From contig JBHLPW010000083.1 in assembly GCA_048939015.1 (NCBI GenBank), positions 1 to 17,395 on the forward strand: DNA of 17,395 bases, given 5' to 3'. This document shows, in pieces, positions 8,077 to 15,943 of the stretch (position 1 is its first letter; each line of letters starts with the position of its first letter). The translations under genes were made by a program, and so were the position numbers. The notes under the pieces were generated by a model, which saw only the letters and a list, made by a program, of their open reading frames with translations, was not told where the DNA came from and did not search any database. Origin of the DNA: Promethearchaeota archaeon. Lineage in GTDB: Archaea; Asgardarchaeota; Lokiarchaeia; Sigyniarchaeales; SOKP01.

Positions 8077-8976
8077 TTAAAACCAAAGTCTAATGAATCC
8101 TTCATCTCCAACAACTGTTTGTCCTACTGGACCATAGATAAAGTCAATAAATGCTCTAACCCATCCAGTAGGTTCACCATTAGTTGTAAGATGTAGAGAT
8201 CTAGAAATAGGATAAGAATCATCCAAAATGGTAGCGATTGAGGGAATCACTCCATCTACAGGGATTGCAATTACACTTGTATCCACATATCCTAAACCAC
8301 AGTATCCGATTCCATATTGATCTGCACTCACAGTTGTAACCATTACTGTATTAGAAGCTACTTCTATGTATCCAGTTACTGAACTAGTATATCCCGAATT
8401 ATCGCCAAGTTCTTCAGTACCTCCATATAAAACTAATTCTTCATATGTCGCTCTTGTACCAGAACCATCAGCTCTGGTGTGAACATCAATTGCTTGAGAT
8501 GATAAAGTACTGTTAATATCGTCCCATGTATCATATGTACCATTATAGATTAAAAAGACTTGATCCATTGTAAGTCCATTTGATTGTAACCAGGCTGCAT
8601 CAGGATGACCCGCATCAATAATCACTGCAATACCATCTTTCGCAAATTTAAAATCTGTTAAATCATTGCCAGCTGAAGTATTTTCAGATGCTTTTATATT
8701 ACGTGATGACATACCAATATCATTTTGTTCATCAATTGTGTCAGAAATACCATCTCCAGAACCAGTCCCTGAAACAGAAATGTCAACATTAGGATTTATT
8801 GCCATAAATTGAGTAGCACATTCAGTAATTATTGGTTCACATGTAGTAGAACCTGTTATAATGATACTTGTTGTTCCTGACCCACCTGGAGCAATAAGAG
8901 AAGTAGTACCCCAGCCGACGAAGAACATTGCAATCATGCCAACAGCAGCAACAATCCAAATACCTTTTTTTTCCAT
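8077..8976 (-). CDS. pstS: Phosphate ABC transporter substrate-binding protein PstS
   Basis: Motifs ITGSTT, GTGSGDGI, IGMSSR, DGIAVII, RADGSGTR and YPISRSLH. N-terminal KK plus a hydrophobic helix. Confidence 0.96.
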   Translation of the reverse strand: MEKKGIWIVAAVGMIAMFFVGWGTTSLIAPGGSGTTSIIITGSTTCEPIITECATQFMAINPNVDISVSGTGSGDGISDTIDEQNDIGMSSRNIKASENTSAGNDLTDFKFAKDGIAVIIDAGHPDAAWLQSNGLTMDQVFLIYNGTYDTWDDINSTLSSQAIDVHTRADGSGTRATYEELVLYGGTEELGDNSGYTSSVTGYIEVASNTVMVTTVSADQYGIGYCGLGYVDTSVIAIPVDGVIPSIATILDDSYPISRSLHLTTNGEPTGWVRAFIDFIYGPVGQTVVGDEGFIRLWF

Positions 8977-9088
8977 TTTTTTTTCACAAATAAAATTTTT
9001 TGTATTTTTGTTGTTAAAATTTGGTTAATTAGAGATATCACTGAGAAAATATAAGAGATTACGATATAGTTTATGATGATTTATTTAC

Positions 9089-9109
9089 TCTATATATTCT
9101 ATATAGAAT
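9089..9109. promoter_or_regulatory. Candidate operator TCTATATA-TTC-TATATAGA upstream of pstS
   Basis: Perfect 8-3-8 inverted repeat (9089-9107) overlapping a 14-bp palindrome ATTCTATATAGAAT (9096-9109). Confidence 0.72.
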
Positions 9110-9186
9110 CTCTTTTTTACCATCTTTCAATCGAAAATGAAATTATTGTTGAGTTAATAAATCAAAGAGAACTAATCAAAAAGGCT

Positions 9187-9198
9187 AACTATATAGTT
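9187..9198. promoter_or_regulatory. Core palindrome AACTATATAGTT in the pstS/regulator divergent region
   Basis: Perfect 12-bp palindrome with the CTATATAG core. Confidence 0.5.
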
Positions 9199-9274
9199 TA
9201 ATAATATTATTAATTTACTTTTTTGTAAAAGGATAAATAAATATTGATTGGAATAATAAAAAATAAAAAAGATA

Positions 9275-9309
9275 TATATAGAATATAGAATATATATAGA
9301 GTATATAGT
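9275..9309. promoter_or_regulatory. Four-unit, 9-bp-period array of the candidate operator
   Basis: TATATA-gaa-TATAGA-ata-TATATA-gag-TATATA-gt, with units starting at 9275, 9284, 9293 and 9302. Confidence 0.6.
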
Positions 9310-9375
9310 TGTAGTATAAAATAGATTGATTATTTATTCTATATAACTAAGTTAGCCTAATACAGCAATTTAAAA

Positions 9376-9387
9376 ATCTATATAGAT
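9376..9387. promoter_or_regulatory. Core palindrome ATCTATATAGAT just upstream of the regulator gene
   Basis: Perfect 12-bp palindrome abutting TATA-like TTTAAAAA (9369-9376), 23 bp before the ATG at 9411. Confidence 0.55.
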
Positions 9388-9410
9388 ATAAAAAATATCA
9401 GGGGATATAA

Positions 9411-10415
9411 ATGGGTTTTCATATTGAGACACGTAAAGTTCAGAAAACAGGGGGTTCAAGTTATATTATTTCTCTTCCAAAAGTATGGATTGATAAGCAT
9501 GGTGTGAAAAAGAATGATACTTTAGGAATTCTTTCCCAACCTGATGGTAATTTACTTATAACTCCCAAAATTGATAATGAAACAGCTATTAAAACAAAGG
9601 AGATAATTGTAGATGATTTTGAAGATGAAAATTTCTTGTTTCGGGTTTTAATTGGAGCATATATAATGGGATTTTCAAGAATAGTTATTAAATCAAGTAG
9701 AAAATTTGAGCCTTTAATAAGAGACACTATTACTAATTTTACACAAATTGCTATTGGTCCCGAAATAGTCGAAGAATCCAACAATTTTATAGTGATTAAA
9801 GATCTACTCAATCCAAAAGAAATGCCCTTCGAAAAAACTATAAAAAGAATGTATATTTTAGTACAAGGTATGCATGAAGATTCTATAAATGCATTTGAAA
9901 CCAAAGATAAAGATTTAGCTGAAGAAGTCATAAAAAGGGATAACGATGTTGATAGATTGCACTGGCTAATTGGTCGTCAATCACATATCGTATTGAAAGA
10001 TATAATTCTGTGTCAGAAAATGGGAATTACATTAGAACAGGCAAGCCATTACCAACAAATAAGCCGATTCTTGGAACGTATAGGAGATCACGCTAGTAAA
10101 ATCGCTAAAAACGTCTTGATCCTTTTAAATCATGAATTAGATAAAAATATAAAGGAAGAAATTAAATCGGTTAGCACATTATCACTAGATCTATTGAATA
10201 AAAGTCTTGATGCTTGGTTGCAAAAAAGCTTAGTTTTAGCAAATGAGAATATTGAAGATATAAAGAACTTAATAACTATGACAGAAAAAATTAGCCTTAA
10301 CACCATAAAGAGTGCAGAAGTTTCAATAGCATTAGGGTATATAATCGAAAGTATAAGAAGAACTGCAGAATATTCTGGAGATATATCCGAAATTATTATA
10401 AATAATTTAGTTTAA
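9411..10415 (+). CDS. Archaeal phosphate uptake regulator (N-terminal AbrB/MazE/SpoVT DNA-binding domain plus PhoU domains)
   Basis: RKVQKTGGSSYIISLPKVW..GVKKNDTL is an AbrB swapped-hairpin signature. RDNDVDRL, RFLERIGDHASKIA and ESIRRTAEYSGDISE are PhoU repeats. Divergent from pstS. Confidence 0.93.
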   Translation: MGFHIETRKVQKTGGSSYIISLPKVWIDKHGVKKNDTLGILSQPDGNLLITPKIDNETAIKTKEIIVDDFEDENFLFRVLIGAYIMGFSRIVIKSSRKFEPLIRDTITNFTQIAIGPEIVEESNNFIVIKDLLNPKEMPFEKTIKRMYILVQGMHEDSINAFETKDKDLAEEVIKRDNDVDRLHWLIGRQSHIVLKDIILCQKMGITLEQASHYQQISRFLERIGDHASKIAKNVLILLNHELDKNIKEEIKSVSTLSLDLLNKSLDAWLQKSLVLANENIEDIKNLITMTEKISLNTIKSAEVSIALGYIIESIRRTAEYSGDISEIIINNLV

Positions 10416-10571
10416 ACCTCAAATATTTTCACTTATTTAATTTAAAATTCGAGGAAGTGGTTTTATCTAAGTAAAACGAAAAAATCACTAAATAATTAAA
10501 ATTCTTAAACTCTAACCAACTAAAATTATTATTAAATTACTTATACTATAATAGAAATATTGGTTTTAAAT

Positions 10572-12125
10572 ATGATTGTGGAAGAAAGTGAAGATTATAA
10601 AGTAGTAATCATAGGTGCTGGAAATGGAGGGCTCGTTGCAGCTGCAAGATTAGCATTAGCAGGCATTAAAGTATTATTAATCGAACAACATAATTTACCT
10701 GGTGGTTTTGCGTCAAGTTTTGTTAGAGGAAGATTTGAATTCGAGACTTCTTTACATGAAATGGCGGATTTTGGTTCAGTTTCAGACCCTGGAGGTATTA
10801 GAGTTCTATTTGATAAACTTGGAGTTGATGCTGAATTTTTAGAAGTTCCCGAAGCATATAGAATAATTACAAAAGACTTAGATGTGACAATGCCATTTGG
10901 AATAGAAAATTTTCTAAATGCGATTGAAGAACAAGTTCCTGGATGTAGAGAATCTGTAGAAAATTTTTTTAAGATTGCTGAAGATATTTCAGTTGCGTTT
11001 GCATACATTGGGAGTTCCAAAGGAAATCCAGAAGAAAAAGTCTTAATAAAGGAACATTCTAATTTTCTTAAAACTGCATCATATTCCTCATTAGAGGTAG
11101 AAGAAGCATTAGGCATTCCTGAAAAAGCACGAAATATTTTAAACGCGTATTGGGCTTATTTAGGACTTCCCATAAGTAGAATTAATTTCACCCTATTCGC
11201 TGCTATGATTAATACTTATATTAAAAGGGGGGCTTATATTCCAAGATACCGCTCAACAGAATTTACAGTAGCCCTTGATAAAAGAATAAGAGAATTGGGA
11301 GGCGAAATCATGTATAATACTCGAGTTGAGAAAATTCTAGTAGAAAATGGTAAAGTTATTGGATTAGAAACCTCAAATGGGGATAAAATTAAAACAAACT
11401 ATGTAATCTCCAATGCTTCACAAACATTAGTATACAATAAATTAATACATCCAAAATCTGAAGTTCCCGAAATTGCATACAAAGAAGTAAACTCTAGAAT
11501 CCATGGACTCTCTGCTTTTGTCGTTTATTTAGGACTTGACGCATCTGCTGAAGAATTAGGTCTAAATGAGTATAGTTACTTCATTATGGATGATATGAAT
11601 ACTGAAAATCTTTATAATCAATGGAATGAACTCAGAGTACCAAAAGGTCAAGCTACTGTCTGTTTAAATGTTGCCATACCAGACTGTTCTCCACCAGGAA
11701 CATCTATCCTATATTTTACTACTCTATTTAAACCTGAAGTATGGAAGGATGTGAAACCTGAAGATTACGTTGATGTTAAAAATAGAATTGCTAATGGGTT
11801 AATTACTGATTTTGAAAACGCTTTGGGGATTTCTATACGAGAACATATTGAAGAAATTGAAGTAGCTACTCCTGAAACATTCGCAAGGTATACCCGGACA
11901 TATAATGGAATTATCTATGGATATGAACCAGAATCTTGGGATTCTTTAGTACCTCGTTTAATGATGATGGGAGATCATAATTACATTAAGGGTTTAGAAT
12001 TCGCAGGAGGCTTTGGAAGACGATGTCACGGATATAGTAGTGCATTAAAAGACGGTGAAATTGCGGCATTATTAGTTTTAAATGAATTATCTGTAAAGGT
12101 GAGGGTTCAAAATGACGGAAGATAA
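10572..12125 (+). CDS. Phytoene desaturase-family (CrtI/CrtISO/RetSat-like) FAD-dependent oxidoreductase
   Basis: Rossmann motif VIIGAGNGGL, EQHNLPGG..SF.RG.FEFE and IEVATPETFARYT....G.IYG. The start is either ATG 10572 or TTG 10560. Confidence 0.85.
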   Translation: MIVEESEDYKVVIIGAGNGGLVAAARLALAGIKVLLIEQHNLPGGFASSFVRGRFEFETSLHEMADFGSVSDPGGIRVLFDKLGVDAEFLEVPEAYRIITKDLDVTMPFGIENFLNAIEEQVPGCRESVENFFKIAEDISVAFAYIGSSKGNPEEKVLIKEHSNFLKTASYSSLEVEEALGIPEKARNILNAYWAYLGLPISRINFTLFAAMINTYIKRGAYIPRYRSTEFTVALDKRIRELGGEIMYNTRVEKILVENGKVIGLETSNGDKIKTNYVISNASQTLVYNKLIHPKSEVPEIAYKEVNSRIHGLSAFVVYLGLDASAEELGLNEYSYFIMDDMNTENLYNQWNELRVPKGQATVCLNVAIPDCSPPGTSILYFTTLFKPEVWKDVKPEDYVDVKNRIANGLITDFENALGISIREHIEEIEVATPETFARYTRTYNGIIYGYEPESWDSLVPRLMMMGDHNYIKGLEFAGGFGRRCHGYSSALKDGEIAALLVLNELSVKVRVQNDGR

Positions 12126-13341
12126 AGAAAAATTTAGTATTACTGTAAAGAGTAATACAAAAGATTTATATGGGTTTATGAAGCTTGTACCTAATAGAAA
12201 GAAAAGAATAGAAAAAGCCTCTAGCGAACCGATAATAACTGATCCAATAAATGACCTTGCAAGAAAATTACATCCTGAAAGACAATATCTTAAAATAAAT
12301 GAAATAATAGATGAAACTAAATCAACCAAAACTTTTATATTACTACCTAATCCAGAGCTAGGAACAAAAGAATTAGCATATTTTAGAGCTGGTCAATATT
12401 TGAGTTTAAAAGTTAAAGTAAATGGTGTGGAAATTACAAGACCATATTCAATATCCTCTTCGCCTTCAGAAGCATTAGCAGGATTTTATAGTCTAACAAT
12501 ACGAAAAGAAGAACATGGATTCTTAACTAATTATATATGGGACAATTGGAAGATTGGTACTAAAATTGTAAGCTCTGGTCCTGAAGGATTCTTTTATTTT
12601 GATCCTCTAAGAGATTTAAAGAATATTGTGGGTATTGCAGGTGGATCTGGTATAACTCCCTTCCGTTCATTGGCAAAAACAATTATAAACGGAAAAATTG
12701 ACGCGAAGCTAACAGTCTTGTATGGTAGTAGCGAGGAAGATGATATTATTTTTTATGAAGAATTTAATAAACTAGAAAAAGAACATCCTGATAAAATAAA
12801 AGTTGTCCATGTATTAAGTTGTGATATGGTCTCTTTAGAGGGTTGTGAATCTGGTTTTATAACGGCGGATATTATCCAAAAATACTGTGATGAACCGAAT
12901 AGTACGTTCTTCATCTGTGGTCCTCAAGTAATGTATGATTTTGTAGAAAAGGAACTCAAGAAATTTAACGTGCCTCAAAAAAGAATTAGACGGGAAGCTT
13001 TTGGCGAAATTAAAGATGTAATTAATTATGCTGGATATCCAAAAGAACTAGCTGAAAAGACATTTAAAATTAAAGTTCAAATTGGAGATAAAATACAAGA
13101 AATCCCTGCAATTGCTACTGAGTCTGTTCTTGTTGCTTTAGAGAGAGCAAATTTAGCACCTCCGTCAAAATGCCGATCTGGTGAATGTGGATTTTGTCGT
13201 TCTCTTCTTATCTCAGGAGAGATATATATAAGTCCAATAAGTGATTGGAGAAAATCAGCAGATAAAAAGTTTAACTACTTCCATCCATGCTACTCTTATC
13301 CGATATCAGATCTGGAGATTAACATTCCAAGACACCTATAA
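12112..13341 (+). CDS. FNR-family flavin reductase with C-terminal 2Fe-2S ferredoxin domain (PaaE/Hcr-like architecture)
   Basis: FRAGQY, RPYSISS (FAD), AGGSGITPF (NAD), FICGP and CRSGECGFC...HPC (2Fe-2S). Overlaps the upstream gene by 14 nt, with SD GGTGAGG. Confidence 0.92.
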   Translation: MTEDKEKFSITVKSNTKDLYGFMKLVPNRKKRIEKASSEPIITDPINDLARKLHPERQYLKINEIIDETKSTKTFILLPNPELGTKELAYFRAGQYLSLKVKVNGVEITRPYSISSSPSEALAGFYSLTIRKEEHGFLTNYIWDNWKIGTKIVSSGPEGFFYFDPLRDLKNIVGIAGGSGITPFRSLAKTIINGKIDAKLTVLYGSSEEDDIIFYEEFNKLEKEHPDKIKVVHVLSCDMVSLEGCESGFITADIIQKYCDEPNSTFFICGPQVMYDFVEKELKKFNVPQKRIRREAFGEIKDVINYAGYPKELAEKTFKIKVQIGDKIQEIPAIATESVLVALERANLAPPSKCRSGECGFCRSLLISGEIYISPISDWRKSADKKFNYFHPCYSYPISDLEINIPRHL

Positions 13342-13353
13342 AATAAATTTTTT

Positions 13354-14235
13354 TTACTTTTTTTTCCATTTTAATAATGATATAATAAGATTTTCTCTGG
13401 AAAGGTCGTTTTGCGTCAATTGACCTATGATACTTTCTCTGCCAAATAAGTTTTTTATTATTTTTCTCATCAATTTTTTCCCAGAATATCCCTCCTGTTG
13501 GAGTTGCTCATTATACTTATGAACTTTAATCCAAAGATTATCAATCTCTTCCATTTTCTCCATTAAAATTTCTCTCCCTTGTAGTACTCCATTCCCAGCA
13601 GAGAATATTAATAAATTCTGCATACCTTCAGCAAAATCGTAAAGATCAGAAAGAGATTGATATATTAATGATATATCTTCTTGAATATCACTATTTTTTC
13701 CAAATATCATTTTGTATTTTGGTTGAACAGCATCAGCTACAAAAGCCCATTGTTGTCTTTTTTCAATTAATGCAACTAATTCGGGAGCATGTCCACTCAT
13801 AGGAAATAATTCAAATTTATACTTCTTTGATTTTGTTATTATTGCTTGATCAATAATTTCTGCATCAACGGGTAATAACTCTGGCCCCCATGCTGCTTGA
13901 CGATATTCTGGATACGTTTTGCCTTTTTTTAAGAGATCTATGGCCTTTTGACTAGTAAATATTGGAATTCCAAATTCTCTATTTAACATATGAGCACCAC
14001 CCGCATGATCCTCATGTGTATGCGTAATAAAACATTTACCAATAATTTGATCATCATTGAGAGCTTTAACAAATTCCCTAAGATCATTTTCTCCACCCGG
14101 AGCTCCAGAGTCAATTAGAAGTCCATCTACCAAATAACAAGAAGTGAAATAGGGATAAGGCATTAACTCATTATCAGAAGCCCATTCCCACTCTATAATT
14201 TGATTACTGCAATGATGAGAAATACGCACAACCAT
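13354..14235 (-). CDS. MBL-fold metallo-hydrolase
   Basis: LLIDSG, THTHEDHAGG (HxHxDH), SGHAP and FVADA. Strong SD AGGAGGA upstream. Confidence 0.9.
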   Translation of the reverse strand: MVVRISHHCSNQIIEWEWASDNELMPYPYFTSCYLVDGLLIDSGAPGGENDLREFVKALNDDQIIGKCFITHTHEDHAGGAHMLNREFGIPIFTSQKAIDLLKKGKTYPEYRQAAWGPELLPVDAEIIDQAIITKSKKYKFELFPMSGHAPELVALIEKRQQWAFVADAVQPKYKMIFGKNSDIQEDISLIYQSLSDLYDFAEGMQNLLIFSAGNGVLQGREILMEKMEEIDNLWIKVHKYNEQLQQEGYSGKKLMRKIIKNLFGRESIIGQLTQNDLSRENLIISLLKWKKK

Positions 14236-14280
14236 AAATTGATCCTCCTAAAATAAAAGTTAATTTTCATAAACGAATTT

Positions 14281-15378
14281 TTATTCAACTTCCAGTTTTT
14301 TAGGGGGGATAAAAACATGTCTAGGACCAATTCTTTCAAGATGTATAGCTTCTTCAGGACAATGATAAGCACATACGCCACATCCTATACATTTATCTTC
14401 ATTAACATGGGCTATACTATTATTTAAATTAATTGTTTCCATTGGACATTTTTCAACACAGGTTCCACAACCTATACACGAATCCTCGTCGACATTTGCT
14501 AAATAAGAAGACATAGTATGTATTGGCGCTGCACCACGATAATACATATTGATCACACCACAGCAACATTTACAACAATTACATATTGCTTCAATTCCTC
14601 TATTAGTATCTGAATGAACATGGAATACCTTATGTACTAATCCTTCATCTTCTGCTTCTCTCATTATTTTAATGGCTTCTTCTTTTGAAACTGGTCTACC
14701 AAATCCTTGTTCAATACCAAATTGAGCAGTTTTATCAATTAGAAAACAATTATTTTTGGATGCTCCTAATTTGCACGGTTCTCCAAGAAGTTCTTTTTCA
14801 TGTCGGCAATAACAATTAACTAATGTTATATCATCATATTCCTCGATATATCTTTTTATTTCTTCAAATGGCATTACAGATTCAGTTCCTACTTCTATTT
14901 CCTTTTCAACTGGAAGTGTCCTATCGGTTGGGGGCAAATCTTTAAACACATTTATTAATTGTTCATAATTGCTTTGAGTTCCTTTACTTATCTCCCCAAA
15001 AAGTTTTTCAAATAATATTGCTAAGTTTTTTTCTTTTTCTGAACTCTCTCCTCTGAGGAAAGTATACTCGAAAATTCCCGGCCATAAACCCATTAGACGA
15101 TATACCATAACTCCTATAGTTTTACTTCTTGTACCGACAATGATTCCATTATGCATTAATGTGTTAAGCATTTCAATGATCTTTGACTCTTCCATTTCTG
15201 TTTTTTGCTTAATTTCGTCAAGTGTCATTGAAGGTTTTTTATAGATTAAAATAAACTTCGCTTGTTCTTCAGTTACCAAACTCTGTAATAATTCAAACAA
15301 TGTATCACTAATGGGTACGGGAAATACTCCCGCTTTTGTAAATGTTCTTGCAACTTTATACCAGAACTTATCTGTCAT
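14281..15378 (-). CDS. Cys-rich 4Fe-4S dicluster protein with an N-terminal wHTH-like region
   Basis: C-terminal CIGCGTCVEKCP and CIGCGVCAYHCP. Additional CYCR, C..C, EDEGLVH and ICNCCKCCCG motifs. Confidence 0.88.
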   Translation of the reverse strand: MTDKFWYKVARTFTKAGVFPVPISDTLFELLQSLVTEEQAKFILIYKKPSMTLDEIKQKTEMEESKIIEMLNTLMHNGIIVGTRSKTIGVMVYRLMGLWPGIFEYTFLRGESSEKEKNLAILFEKLFGEISKGTQSNYEQLINVFKDLPPTDRTLPVEKEIEVGTESVMPFEEIKRYIEEYDDITLVNCYCRHEKELLGEPCKLGASKNNCFLIDKTAQFGIEQGFGRPVSKEEAIKIMREAEDEGLVHKVFHVHSDTNRGIEAICNCCKCCCGVINMYYRGAAPIHTMSSYLANVDEDSCIGCGTCVEKCPMETINLNNSIAHVNEDKCIGCGVCAYHCPEEAIHLERIGPRHVFIPPKKLEVE

Positions 15379-15435
15379 TTTTCTTATAACCTAATTTAGA
15401 AAATTCTTTAAATATAATCTAATTGATAAAAAAAT

Positions 15436-15550
15436 TCATAATTTAATTATATTATGAGTAAGTAAAGCTCAGTAGAAATGTTTTAATAAAGAGATATTAA
15501 TAGTGAGAATCCATAAAATTTCAGGACTCTCATAATTTATTAATTATGGG
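15436..15550. repeat. Two related inverted repeats TCATAAT-N8-ATTATGA and TCATAAT-N6-ATTATGG
   Basis: Located at 15436-15457 and 15530-15549. Both begin TCATAATTTA and lie in a divergent intergenic region. Confidence 0.45.
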
Positions 15551-15600
15551 TTCTTCAATCGATAATAACACTTAATATAGGGTTTGAGTGTAATTCTATC

Positions 15601-15771
15601 ATGAATGATGTCCAAAAAAGGATCGACAGATTGGAATATTCCATCAGCTTTCTTGAAAATCATCTACATGAGTTTGGTCATCTCATACAACCTAAACCTC
15701 TTAGGTTTATTAGAAGCCAAATAAAGCATTATAAACGTGAGTTACAAATCAGAAAAGATTACCCAACCTAA
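15601..15771 (+). CDS. Small hypothetical protein, 56 aa, predicted helical hairpin (not in the ORF track)
   Basis: Translates as MNDVQKRIDRLEYSISFLENHLHEFGHLIQPKPLRFIRSQIKHYKRELQIRKDYPT*. It has an ATG start, higher GC than its flanks, heptad periodicity and T-rich sequence after the stop. Confidence 0.7.
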   Translation: MNDVQKRIDRLEYSISFLENHLHEFGHLIQPKPLRFIRSQIKHYKRELQIRKDYPT

Positions 15772-15943
15772 TATCTTATCTTATTTTTTCTATTTAAGTT
15801 TGGAATTACTAGCAATTCTTCTATTTTCTCATTGATTTTTCCCTAATTTCTCTTTTTTACCACTAATATTTTTGTCAAACCTTAAAAATATTAAATACAA
15901 ATAATAATAATGATTTTTAAAAAAGAATAAAATAAAACTAAAA

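Noticed and set aside
10546-10556. CTATAATAGAA upstream of the oxidoreductase as another phosphate box
   Set aside because: It does not match CTATATAG or the 9-bp-period pair, so it is insufficient to include this gene in the regulon.
9461-12329. Minus-strand ORFs 9461-9931, 10595-11116 and 12087-12329
   Set aside because: Antisense shadows of strong genes, with the Ser/Ile/Phe-rich composition typical of reverse frames.
13241-14381. Short ORFs 13241-13423 and 14193-14381
   Set aside because: They overlap real genes in alternative frames and span low-complexity junctions.
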